DNA of 64,000 nt from a virus (Duplodnaviria; Caudoviricetes), in IMG/VR virus record IMGVR_UViG_3300044719_000253, positions 1 to 64,000 of that record; one strand, written 5' to 3'. The notes below the pieces were generated by a model. It saw only the letters and a list, made by a program, of their open reading frames with translations, was not told the DNA's origin and did no database searches. Position numbers and translations under genes: made by a program. This document shows, piece by piece, positions 44,289-52,974 of the stretch (its first letter is position 1; each line of letters starts with the position of its first letter).

Positions 44289-45359
44289 TTACTCCCAGTC
44301 CAACGTGGTGGACACTTTGTTTTCGACAGGGGCCGAGGTGACTTGACGGCTTTCTTGCAGACCAAGCGCGTGTGCCATCCACGGGAACGGGTTGGCTTGC
44401 GGTTGGAAGATCGTACCCAGGCCGAGCTTGCTCGCCATGCGATTCGCCACGTGTTGCAGCAAATAGCTGTACTGGTGCGCCGGCACAGTGTCTTCGGGCA
44501 ACGCCGTAGCGATAGCGTGGGCCGCTTCCAGCGATACAGCTTCCTTAAACCTCAGTCTGATCAAATCAACCAGCTCCGTGGTCCAGATCTGCGGGTTCTC
44601 GTTCCTGATCGCTTGGATCACTTCGAGACCGAATTCGACTTGGGTTTGCTGATCACGCAGCATCAGCGAGAATTGCTGGACCAGATCCGGAAGTTCGTTT
44701 TGCAGACCATGCGCGAGAATGCGGGTAAAGTCGACAATCGAGAACAAACCCTTCATCGCGCAAGTGTACGTGACCAGCTCAAGTACGAACACGCCCGCAT
44801 CCACCGAAGTGTCGGTACGGAACTTTGGATCGCCCAACACATTTGCAGTCAGCTGCGCGTAGCGTTGTTTGTCATGGAACGATGTCGGTTGGTTAGCCGG
44901 ATCGAGCAACACGTCTTCGTTCAGCTTGAGCCGTTCGACGATATGAGCATAAGCGTGCGGTACGAGCGCTTCTTCGAAGCCCTGCCGCAGGATATACTGA
45001 CGTGCTTCCGGCGCCGTGATATGACGATAGATATTCATGGCCAAACTGCCGGCGGCGCCAACGGTTTGCACCATCGCGCCCACGGTCCGTTCGATACGTT
45101 TCAGTTCGAACGGCGTGATCATACCAGCCTCGATCTGCGCCGCGTCGGTATCCATCTTGTACTCTTGCGGCATCCAGTGGTTGTTGCAGCTGTCATTGTA
45201 CATCTGCCAGGCCCACTTGTACTTGAACGGCACTAACTGGTTAACGTCGGTGGTCGCATTGATCATGCGCTTGTCCGACGCATTCACACGCTGCGAGGTG
45301 TCGACATTCGGATCGACCGGTTGGACTGATACTGCTTCTTCATCAAAATTCAACTGCAT
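44289..45359 (-). CDS. nrdB: ribonucleotide reductase beta subunit homolog lacking most metal ligands
   Basis: DVNQLVPFKYKWAW, NHWMPQE, YRHITAPE.RQY.LRQ.FEEA and NPFPWM are clear NrdB; ligand motifs are degenerate (see findings). Confidence 0.9.
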   Translation of the reverse strand: MQLNFDEEAVSVQPVDPNVDTSQRVNASDKRMINATTDVNQLVPFKYKWAWQMYNDSCNNHWMPQEYKMDTDAAQIEAGMITPFELKRIERTVGAMVQTVGAAGSLAMNIYRHITAPEARQYILRQGFEEALVPHAYAHIVERLKLNEDVLLDPANQPTSFHDKQRYAQLTANVLGDPKFRTDTSVDAGVFVLELVTYTCAMKGLFSIVDFTRILAHGLQNELPDLVQQFSLMLRDQQTQVEFGLEVIQAIRNENPQIWTTELVDLIRLRFKEAVSLEAAHAIATALPEDTVPAHQYSYLLQHVANRMASKLGLGTIFQPQANPFPWMAHALGLQESRQVTSAPVENKVSTTLDWE

Positions 45360-45367
45360 GATATTCC

Positions 45368-45583
45368 CTAGTTTTTAATAAACAGATCGATGTCTTTTTC
45401 TTCCCATAAGCCATTGTCGCATTGATACCAAGGGTTGTCACGATAGGTATCGACTCGCGTACATTGGTGGCTTAAAATGAAGGTGGCTTTTCTTTTATCT
45501 TGCGTGTAATTTCGATAAATTGTAAACACAATGAGCAGTACGCTAACGGCAGCGCACCATTTAGCTACCTGTTTATCTTTCAT
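45368..45583 (-). CDS. small membrane-anchored protein, HxC...YxCxxG paralog 1
   Basis: TM segment plus HQC...YQCDNG. Confidence 0.65.
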   Translation of the reverse strand: MKDKQVAKWCAAVSVLLIVFTIYRNYTQDKRKATFILSHQCTRVDTYRDNPWYQCDNGLWEEKDIDLFIKN

Positions 45584-45831
45584 GAACCCGTTTCCTTTCG
45601 CAGATCGTTTTCCAGATGCAGACCATTGTCACACCGGTACACGGATTGGGATGGTTGACCAACCCGTCCCAACTCACGGCAGTGGTGTTGATCCAGATAC
45701 TGAATCAGATTGCGATCTTGATAGAGATGATGCTGGTAAAAACCATACACTACTCCACCAAAGAACGCAATCAAAATCCACTGAATGACCAAGTCACGGT
45801 AATTGAACCAAAAACGTCGAAAGAGATTCAT
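45580..45831 (-). CDS. small membrane-anchored protein, paralog 2
   Basis: TM segment plus HHC...YRCDNG. Confidence 0.65.
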   Translation of the reverse strand: MNLFRRFWFNYRDLVIQWILIAFFGGVVYGFYQHHLYQDRNLIQYLDQHHCRELGRVGQPSQSVYRCDNGLHLENDLRKETGS

Positions 45832-46130
45832 TTCAGTGCTTTCTCACGCAGTTCGAAGTCGAGCATCCGCCCGTCAGCGCACTGGTACACCGCACGCTTC
45901 TTGCGATCGCCACCCATGAAACTGTCGATCTTGCATTGGTGCCCATCGATATACGTCAACACTTTTCGGTCGTCTTCTTTACCGACTTTGTTGGACCAGA
46001 CGACGAGCCCCAGCACAACCACCAGAATGATCAAGAGAACCACCGCTCCAGCTGGAGTGAGGCTATCAGAACCGCTGGAGCTGCCGGCAAAGAAGAAATC
46101 ACTGCTGTCACTATCATTATCCCAGGACAT
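45828..46130 (-). CDS. small membrane-anchored protein, paralog 3
   Basis: TM segment plus HQC...YQCADG. Confidence 0.65.
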   Translation of the reverse strand: MSWDNDSDSSDFFFAGSSSGSDSLTPAGAVVLLIILVVVLGLVVWSNKVGKEDDRKVLTYIDGHQCKIDSFMGGDRKKRAVYQCADGRMLDFELREKALK

Positions 46131-46148
46131 ATCAACCTTTCTTTTTTG

Positions 46149-47216
46149 TTAAACCACCATTGGCGGAACAGGTGTTTTCAGAATGTGGGGATCATATCCT
46201 TCAAGCTTGAAGTCGTTGGGTTCCACCCACTTGAGCCAATTGACGGCTTCCTCCGTCGCTTTGTCTTTACCGACACGAATGACCAGTTCCTCATAAGTCG
46301 GTACACGGGGGTCGATATGAAGCGTCGGCGCTTCCTTGGCCTCGTTCGATAACAGCTCGGTTAGGTACTCTACTTGATTTTCATAAACGTGGGCGTCACC
46401 GATGAAATACGAAAGCTTCTTCGGTTTATAACCGGTCAGGTGGCCGACGATATGCATGAACAGCGCAGCTTCCGCCATGTTGAACGGTGCGCCGAGGCCC
46501 AGATCATTGCTGCGGATGTAGAGCACCATGTTCAGTTCTTTGGTGTAGCTGTCGGGCAGGAACTGATACAACAGGTGGCAAGACGGCAGCGCGACTTGAT
46601 CCAGCAAAGCCGGGTCCCATCCGTGGAACAGAATACGGCGGGAATCTGGGTTGTTGATGATGGTCCGCACGCAGTCGCCGAGCTGGTCGATTGATTTGTG
46701 AAAAATCACCCCTTGTGGTTTGCCATCTTCCTCGAAAGTGTGACCGATAGGGAACCAGCCATCCGCATTAATTTTGGCGACGATAGCAGTATAACGGTCA
46801 AACTCCTCCGTCGCAGCATCCATCGCCGGAGATTGGATGACCTTGTAACCATCCCACTCGCGCCAGGGTTTACCGTACACCGGACCGACATCGTCGACGC
46901 CTTTACGGAAAGGATTCGACAGCCATGCGTTCGGCGTGACGCCATGTTCATTGGCGTTTTGATCCCACACTTTGCAGTTGAGGGCGCGGAAGTCTGCTGC
47001 GCTGGTCAGAGCACGCAGAAAACCACAGGCTTCACCCTTAACTGGCATGAACGCCAGTTTCTTGAGGGTAGTAGCCGGAAATGCTTTTGACACGTCGGGG
47101 AACACCATGAATTCCCCAGTGGTTTTGTAAGCGTTAACACCCGTGCGATTGGGGCGCAAGTTATCCGGCACCATCACACGCTGGAGTAATGCTTTGTATT
47201 GATCAGGTTGGTTCAT
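46149..47216 (-). CDS. thyA: thymidylate synthase
   Basis: RTGV, GPVYG..WR.W, DQL, SRR, ALPSCH, RSNDLGLGAPFN, GDAHVYENQ; Asn in PFN indicates dUMP specificity. Confidence 0.95.
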   Translation of the reverse strand: MNQPDQYKALLQRVMVPDNLRPNRTGVNAYKTTGEFMVFPDVSKAFPATTLKKLAFMPVKGEACGFLRALTSAADFRALNCKVWDQNANEHGVTPNAWLSNPFRKGVDDVGPVYGKPWREWDGYKVIQSPAMDAATEEFDRYTAIVAKINADGWFPIGHTFEEDGKPQGVIFHKSIDQLGDCVRTIINNPDSRRILFHGWDPALLDQVALPSCHLLYQFLPDSYTKELNMVLYIRSNDLGLGAPFNMAEAALFMHIVGHLTGYKPKKLSYFIGDAHVYENQVEYLTELLSNEAKEAPTLHIDPRVPTYEELVIRVGKDKATEEAVNWLKWVEPNDFKLEGYDPHILKTPVPPMVV

Positions 47217-47261
47217 CGTTGATTTCCTTATTGGTTATTTGTTAATTGACTTGAATGTAGT

Positions 47262-47501
47262 TCATAGCACACCTGGGATCCTGACTGCATCCAACCCAAC
47301 ATCACTCGCCGTGGCGTCGCGCCATACTCGCCGCGTGTCACGCGCACGGTCGATGTGTTCGCGTAGATTGGTCGGTGGGCGTACGACGGTTTGTTCGACT
47401 TCGACTTGTAGGATGATTTTACCAAACCATCCTTTACGAACCCGTTTGTTACCGGTAAGTGCGCCGGCGTCCCACATGGGTATTGGCATGACCATGACCA
47501 T
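47262..47501 (-). CDS. hypothetical protein (R.R...FGK.ILQVE ... WRDAT family)
   Basis: Recognisable short phage family motif. Confidence 0.6.
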   Translation of the reverse strand: MVMVMPIPMWDAGALTGNKRVRKGWFGKIILQVEVEQTVVRPPTNLREHIDRARDTRRVWRDATASDVGLDAVRIPGVL

Positions 47502-47504
47502 CTC

Positions 47505-47729
47505 CTATTTCACGCAATCGGTGTACATGTCCCCTTCCGCATCCGGATGGGTGATACAGACTTTGGCATCCGCAGGAATTGAATGCATTCGCACCACGGG
47601 CTTCACGACATAACCCACTGGCACCACTTGGGTGGGTTCATGCAAAACAATCGCGGTCACGATCACCCCCGACAACACGCCACCCAAAAAGAATGCGACA
47701 TTGGCCAGAGATAAGACGTAATCTTTCAT
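47505..47729 (-). CDS. small membrane protein with Cys pair
   Basis: N-terminal TM segment. Confidence 0.6.
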   Translation of the reverse strand: MKDYVLSLANVAFFLGGVLSGVIVTAIVLHEPTQVVPVGYVVKPVVRMHSIPADAKVCITHPDAEGDMYTDCVK

Positions 47730-48010
47730 TCGGATGACCTCGACCGCAGAGCGTATTCGAATGCAGCCACCACGACGATTACCAAGATCACCCCCACCCC
47801 GAGGGTCCAGGCACCTTGGCGGGCGTAATCATCATTCACCGTGCTGGGGTCTTCTTTCTTTTTTTCGACCGTACCCACTTGGCTAGACGTGCTCGCCTCG
47901 GGGACGTGGGTGATGATGATACGGGGGGTGGCGGGGTTGAGCGAATGTGCTTCACCGGCGTGCGTGGCAGTAACGTGCCCGCTGGCCGCGTGGCCTGCTG
48001 TTGTAACCAT
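47726..48010 (-). CDS. small protein with C-terminal TM segment
   Basis: Hydrophobic C-terminus. Confidence 0.55.
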   Translation of the reverse strand: MVTTAGHAASGHVTATHAGEAHSLNPATPRIIITHVPEASTSSQVGTVEKKKEDPSTVNDDYARQGAWTLGVGVILVIVVVAAFEYALRSRSSE

Positions 48011-48118
48011 AATTGTTCCTTTTGTTCTTGGTTAAAGTCGCTGTGAATATTGTACTCGCACGTGCCCGGAAAACATACGTCGCCTTCGAGATCTTCCCGA
48101 AGGCATTTCCCGGGACAA

Positions 48119-48412
48119 TCATGCTCCTGGAGCAGATGCAGCGGCTTGGCCATGATTACCCGCCTTGGTGCGTGCTTCCCAGTTGCGTTTGAACTGCTCA
48201 ACTTGCTGCAAGCGCTGCATGAGTTTCTTGCCCTTCGCCATCAGCTCGGCGGCCTTGGCTTGCGAGATGTTACCCTGTATCGCCCGTTCGATAGACTTCA
48301 CTTCACCCAACAACGCCAGCGCGACTTTGTTAAGTTGCATGTCGTCCATCTTCTCGATACCGCGGTACATCACGCCACCGATCAACATGTTAATGTTTTG
48401 CTTCTTTTTCAT
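48119..48412 (-). CDS. basic coiled-coil hypothetical protein
   Basis: ATGA-coupled ORF. Confidence 0.6.
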   Translation of the reverse strand: MKKKQNINMLIGGVMYRGIEKMDDMQLNKVALALLGEVKSIERAIQGNISQAKAAELMAKGKKLMQRLQQVEQFKRNWEARTKAGNHGQAAASAPGA

Positions 48413-48840
48413 TTTGGATCTTCGGCGGGTTGGAGTTGATCGCGGTATTTGGGTTTCTGGGATTGCTTGTAGCGAATCTTGTCCAGGTTCTCCCAGCAGA
48501 ACTGCAAGTCATCGATTGCAGCTTTGCCCAGATCGATCTTGTGCAGATTGCACAGCGTGGCCAGACAGTTCAAGGTACCCGCGGCTTCTTGAGCCGACTC
48601 ACCCTTTTCCCGTCCGTAGACGTAACCCAGCATGAACATGACTTCGTCTTTGGTCATACCGACGGCCTGCATCAACTCGAAGGCTTCTTCAGCGAACCGC
48701 AACCGGGCTTCTTGTGGATCATTGATGACATTCTGCGGATAGCATTGATTCATCCAGTAAGCCCATTGTACTTGAAACAATTGCATGGACTCAACAAAAG
48801 CGGCTTGATCGAACGGGACTGGATAACTGTTGAGAATCAT
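48409..48840 (-). CDS. MazG-like (all-alpha) NTP pyrophosphohydrolase
   Basis: RFAEEAFELMQA ... QEAAG ... I..KQ..KP. Confidence 0.6.
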   Translation of the reverse strand: MILNSYPVPFDQAAFVESMQLFQVQWAYWMNQCYPQNVINDPQEARLRFAEEAFELMQAVGMTKDEVMFMLGYVYGREKGESAQEAAGTLNCLATLCNLHKIDLGKAAIDDLQFCWENLDKIRYKQSQKPKYRDQLQPAEDPK

Positions 48841-48851
48841 TACGCGTTTCC

Positions 48852-49508
48852 TTAGTTCAGATTTTCGAAGTTGGCATTGGCCCAGGCACGTACGCTGTCC
48901 GCCACAACGTCCGGTTCGGGCAACGCGTTGATGCGGTGTATTTCACGATAAGGTTCGTCATCGGCCATGTTGAAATTATTGACGAGCCGATCCTGGTAAC
49001 AATCATACACCTTGCGTCGGAACGTTTCTTCTTCTTGATCGAAGCGATCTTGTTTCTCGCTGCGTAGTTTCAAACGCCGCGTGGATTCTTCAAACGGGAT
49101 ATCGAAAAACAATGTGATGTGCGGCATACGACCACCGTACACATATTTGCCGAGATTTTGCAATTCCAGATTCATACCACGACCGTAGCCTTGGTAGGCC
49201 CAGGTCGAATCGTGGAACCTGTCACACAGCACAATGTATCCCTGTTCGAGGTGCGGAAGGATTTTCTTTTGCATGTGTTCGTTACGGGAGGCGAGAAACA
49301 ACATCAGCTCCGTAACTGGGTCCATCTTTTCATGCAACAGAATATCGCGAATCTTTTCACCCACGACGTTCCCGCCTGGCTCACGCGTGGTCAAGACCTT
49401 GTAACCACGTGAGCGCAGATGCTCAGCCAGGATCGCGACGTTAGTGGTCTTCCCGCTGCCGTCCACGCCCTCGATCGAGATAAACATGCCTTTCTTTTTA
49501 GAATTCAT
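48852..49508 (-). CDS. tmk: thymidylate kinase
   Basis: FISIEGVDGSGKTT, TREPGG, ELMLFLASR, LCDRFHDSTWAYQG, DRFD. Confidence 0.95.
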   Translation of the reverse strand: MNSKKKGMFISIEGVDGSGKTTNVAILAEHLRSRGYKVLTTREPGGNVVGEKIRDILLHEKMDPVTELMLFLASRNEHMQKKILPHLEQGYIVLCDRFHDSTWAYQGYGRGMNLELQNLGKYVYGGRMPHITLFFDIPFEESTRRLKLRSEKQDRFDQEEETFRRKVYDCYQDRLVNNFNMADDEPYREIHRINALPEPDVVADSVRAWANANFENLN

Positions 49509-50454
49509 ATTTCGGTTCCGGAAAATTGTTAACGACGAGTGAGAGTGCGGTTTTCTTCGGCTCGGGGGCGGGGTTCGTGACACGATCCAGTTCTTGTCGC
49601 ACCAGCTGGTAAACTTCTTCGGTAAACGGTGTATACATGATCCAAGTCAACGGTACCGACACGCGTAGGTTTCGCACCGCGATGGTCAAGGCCACGTGGA
49701 AGTAATACTCCACCAGCGGTTCGTTCATCGGAATTCGCAGTTGTGTCAGCGACCCATACACCACCCCGCGCAGCGAGGGTAACAGTTCATGCTGGGTAAT
49801 ACGAAACAGCAGCAACTCTTCCAGATGTGCTTCGCATTTGTGATAGAACTTCACCGCGTCTTGCACGTCAGGATGTGGAGGATCGCTGTTCTCGTAGGCC
49901 ATGGTGATGGTCTTGCTGGTGTTCTCGAAAAAGACCGGTTCAGCCCGCAGCCATTCATCGAACGTCAACCGTTCGCTAGAAGTATTGAAATGGCGCGCAC
50001 AATACTGTCGAGTCAACTCGTCAAGCAATACCATCTCGGCCGGAATCAGATAACCGAAATAGGCAGAGCCAATCGTGAGACCGCGGCGGTGATCGGCGAG
50101 ATAGGCTTCACGCTGTTGCGGGTCGGTGATCTGGCACCACTCAGGATTAACCTTCGCGATCCAGGCCCGCTCGTTGATCGGTAACGGAAACAAGGATTGG
50201 GCGACAATTGGCGGGATCATCACCGCCACGGTTTTATGGTAAGTCTGGTTGTAGGTTTGAAACACTTCAGCATTTACTCGCACCCAACCATTGTTACGGT
50301 GCCGATACAGCACCGGCCGATTGGCATTCGGATCAGGATAAGTGATGGTCGGGGTAGTATTGCGGGATGGTTTTAACCACGACCAGGTCACCCATACCAA
50401 CCCCACTAAGGCGGTGAAGGGTAGTATCCAGAAATAGAAGACGTATTGGAACAT
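49498..50454 (-). CDS. hypothetical protein with N-terminal TM segment
   Basis: Long ORF in array. Confidence 0.7.
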   Translation of the reverse strand: MFQYVFYFWILPFTALVGLVWVTWSWLKPSRNTTPTITYPDPNANRPVLYRHRNNGWVRVNAEVFQTYNQTYHKTVAVMIPPIVAQSLFPLPINERAWIAKVNPEWCQITDPQQREAYLADHRRGLTIGSAYFGYLIPAEMVLLDELTRQYCARHFNTSSERLTFDEWLRAEPVFFENTSKTITMAYENSDPPHPDVQDAVKFYHKCEAHLEELLLFRITQHELLPSLRGVVYGSLTQLRIPMNEPLVEYYFHVALTIAVRNLRVSVPLTWIMYTPFTEEVYQLVRQELDRVTNPAPEPKKTALSLVVNNFPEPKYEF

Positions 50455-50486
50455 GGCTGTCCAAACAAAAAAGAAAAGAAAGTAAA

Positions 50487-50518
50487 CCCCTCGCTCACTG
50501 AGCGAGGGGCTATGCCGT
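50487..50518. terminator. bidirectional hairpin: U-tract on minus side, TATGCCGT on plus side
   Basis: cccctcgctca c tgagcgagggg 11-bp stem. Confidence 0.7.
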
Positions 50519-50871
50519 CACAAGGGTTGCTTGAGTAACAGATCGAACGTGGGCAATTCGTACACCTGACGCAAGGTCGAACCAACGATATCGATCCGTG
50601 CAGGCGTACAAATCGCCGTACGTTTCGGTAACGTCTTATCGAGCAACATGATCTGCTTGGCGACTGAATCGGCGAGTTGCTTCGGGTTCTGCGCCAGCAA
50701 CTCGACATCGTCCACCAGAAAGTCACGCCGCTGCAACCCAAACCCGTCGACGTTGAACCAGACACTACCGTGGCGCTGGGTCACGGGTAAGTCAGGATTC
50801 AACGCCACCCGGATCGGCGCCCGGAGCGCTTGGCGCAGCGGATCTTGCGCTTTACGCTTTAGGAACTGCAT
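50518..50871 (-). CDS. hypothetical protein
   Basis: ORF in array. Confidence 0.6.
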   Translation of the reverse strand: MQFLKRKAQDPLRQALRAPIRVALNPDLPVTQRHGSVWFNVDGFGLQRRDFLVDDVELLAQNPKQLADSVAKQIMLLDKTLPKRTAICTPARIDIVGSTLRQVYELPTFDLLLKQPL

Positions 50872-51262
50872 GGTTCTCTGCCGGACGACGCAGGGTACGC
50901 GAGACCGGTGTCCGGTTCTGGGATTGGTCCCACGGACGCGGGGTCAGCACCGGCTTCGGTTCGTCTTCTTTCGGACGCAGCACCGGTGCCGGTTGCACCG
51001 CCAACACCGTGGCGTAGCTGCGCAAGCTGTGAACGATATAACCCTGGCGTTCAGCTTGATCCCAGACATGGGCCAAGACTTCCGGCGTCAGTTTGGGTGG
51101 ATCGATGCTGGCAAACGCGAAGCGCACCGGTTCGTTCTTCAGGCCGAGTTGGACGTTGTCGGCGAAGATGCTGCCGTGCAGCGGACGGATGTTGGAATCT
51201 TTGTGGAACAGCACCTTGTCGGTGATGGTGGTCTTGGGTTTCTTTTTGCCGAATTGGAACAT
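50852..51262 (-). CDS. hypothetical protein
   Basis: AAGGA SD. Confidence 0.65.
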   Translation of the reverse strand: MFQFGKKKPKTTITDKVLFHKDSNIRPLHGSIFADNVQLGLKNEPVRFAFASIDPPKLTPEVLAHVWDQAERQGYIVHSLRSYATVLAVQPAPVLRPKEDEPKPVLTPRPWDQSQNRTPVSRTLRRPAENHAVPKA

Positions 51263-51292
51263 GATGGGGTTTCCTTAAAATGATGTTATTGG

Positions 51293-51682
51293 TTATGCAG
51301 ACTGCGGTTCGAATACCGCGATCTGTTTGACGATAACGTTTTCCGCTTTGGGTTTGGCGATAAAGCGACGAACGATATGGGGTTGTTGCAAGCCATTATA
51401 AATGGCCGTGTGGTAATCAGGCGTGACAAAGTCGACAGCGCCAAACGGGAGCAAATCGAAGATCTCTTTACTAACCACGTACGGCCCACCTTTCGGATCA
51501 TCTTCCCACTGCGGGAAGATGACTTGGCGATAAGGTTGTCGGATGATATCCAGACTTCCGAGATGGCCGATCAGATTCTCTTCAATAACTTCTACGACCG
51601 GAGGATGCTCGCACGGTAACAACGTCGCACGTGTGCCGTCAGACCGGATGAAAACAATCGTTTCTCGTGTTAAGTTCTTCAT
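51293..51682 (-). CDS. hypothetical protein
   Basis: Preceded by ATAACCAACAACAACC leader. Confidence 0.65.
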   Translation of the reverse strand: MKNLTRETIVFIRSDGTRATLLPCEHPPVVEVIEENLIGHLGSLDIIRQPYRQVIFPQWEDDPKGGPYVVSKEIFDLLPFGAVDFVTPDYHTAIYNGLQQPHIVRRFIAKPKAENVIVKQIAVFEPQSA

Positions 51683-51755
51683 GGTTGTTGTTGGTTATCG
51701 AAGTGTTATAGGGTCTATAGAGGATACGTTGCTGGTAAATTTCTTACCGGTAAGA

Positions 51756-51950
51756 CTACTTACTTGATTTCGACTCAGCCATCTTCATTCCGACCAGACG
51801 GTTCAGAGTTTCGGCTGCTTGGCTGGCGAACTTGGCGGCGCTCTTGAGTTCTTGCAAGTCGGGTGATTCTTTTTCGAGGTTGTCGGTGATGCTGCTGGCT
51901 TGACGCAAGCTTTCTTTAGCTTGCAAGACATTACGGCGGATAACACTCAT
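51756..51950 (-). CDS. small coiled-coil protein
   Basis: AAGGAG SD. Confidence 0.65.
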   Translation of the reverse strand: MSVIRRNVLQAKESLRQASSITDNLEKESPDLQELKSAAKFASQAAETLNRLVGMKMAESKSSK

Positions 51951-52270
51951 GCTTAACTCCTTGTTGTTAGTTGTCTGTTAATATGTGCTATTCCTCGGCA
52001 CATAGTGGTTATATGTGTTTATTTTTACGTAGCGCCATTACCTTTTGAGTGAAATACTCCCTACTGGCCTCACGGCTGGTAGAGGTTTCACTTGCTACCC
52101 TTCCAACCCTCCATTCCCCTACCCACCCCTTTGCTCTCTATTATAGCTAGTAGCATAATGCTACTAGCTCACTTCCTTCTCTCCTCTCTACCATTAAGCT
52201 TCTCTGATCTCTCTGGATGTAATCTAAAAGGGATAAGAGAAGAGAGTCCGTCAGAGACTCTCCTGCTCAA

Positions 52271-52852
52271 TTATTCGACAATAGGGAAGAATGCTTTAAC
52301 AAGCTCATGGGTGCGAGGGTCTTGAGGGCGCTTGACGCTCACCGGACATTCAAGGTGACCCAGCGGGCCGCCGCGGGTGTCTTTTTCACGCCAGACAAAT
52401 TCCAGTACACCGTCCTTAATCAGACCGTATACCATCTTTTCATTATTGGTGAGAAGGTGAGGAAGATGCCCTTTGTACAAAAAGGCGGTTGCTAATCTGG
52501 TCAGGATCTTTTGTTCCCGCGTTTTCATTTCCTGAAGTTCAACGTCCACAGGCGCAACCGCGCTGGCTTCTGCTCGTGCCATCATGGCGGTATAACGGGC
52601 ATCGGCTTCCTTGAGGGCGAGGGCTTCTTGAGCTTGGGCTTTAGCAATCGCGCGGTCAAACGCGGCGCGTAAGTCGTCCGGGTAGATATTATCGACGAAC
52701 AGGGTGCGGATCTCTTTGAGCTGGGCGCTGGAGACTTCCGGCAGGTAATCCAGGGCGGTGAAGCTCTCGGCGCCATCGATATAAATACACCAGCCGAACA
52801 GCGGGTTGAGATTGGCGTAGACTTGGTTATTCACACCGTAGTAAATATGCAT
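52271..52852 (-). CDS. hypothetical protein
   Basis: Leader, SD and upstream promoter motif. Confidence 0.7.
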   Translation of the reverse strand: MHIYYGVNNQVYANLNPLFGWCIYIDGAESFTALDYLPEVSSAQLKEIRTLFVDNIYPDDLRAAFDRAIAKAQAQEALALKEADARYTAMMARAEASAVAPVDVELQEMKTREQKILTRLATAFLYKGHLPHLLTNNEKMVYGLIKDGVLEFVWREKDTRGGPLGHLECPVSVKRPQDPRTHELVKAFFPIVE

Positions 52853-52896
52853 GATTGTCCTTTGTATTGTTGGTTATCCTGGTAATCCTCGCTGTA

Positions 52897-52915
52897 GTGA
52901 TATAGGCGTTAAAAT
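52897..52915 (-). promoter_or_regulatory. putative early promoter (ATTTT-N5-CTATATCAC)
   Basis: Exact motif at the boundary after the tail gene terminator. Confidence 0.6.
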
Positions 52916-52923
52916 CTTTAGTA

Positions 52924-52968
52924 CGACATCATAATCTCCCCTACCCCGGAGGGTAGGGGAGCTATGTC
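52924..52968 (-). terminator. hairpin ending the tail fibre block
   Basis: ctcccctacc ccgga gggtagggga with TATG-type flanks on both sides. Confidence 0.7.
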
Positions 52969-52974
52969 ATTCAG

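Noticed and set aside
46149-47216. dCMP hydroxymethylase or DNA hypermodification enzyme
   Set aside because: The PFN asparagine and the DHFR and Tmk neighbours fit an ordinary thymidylate synthase
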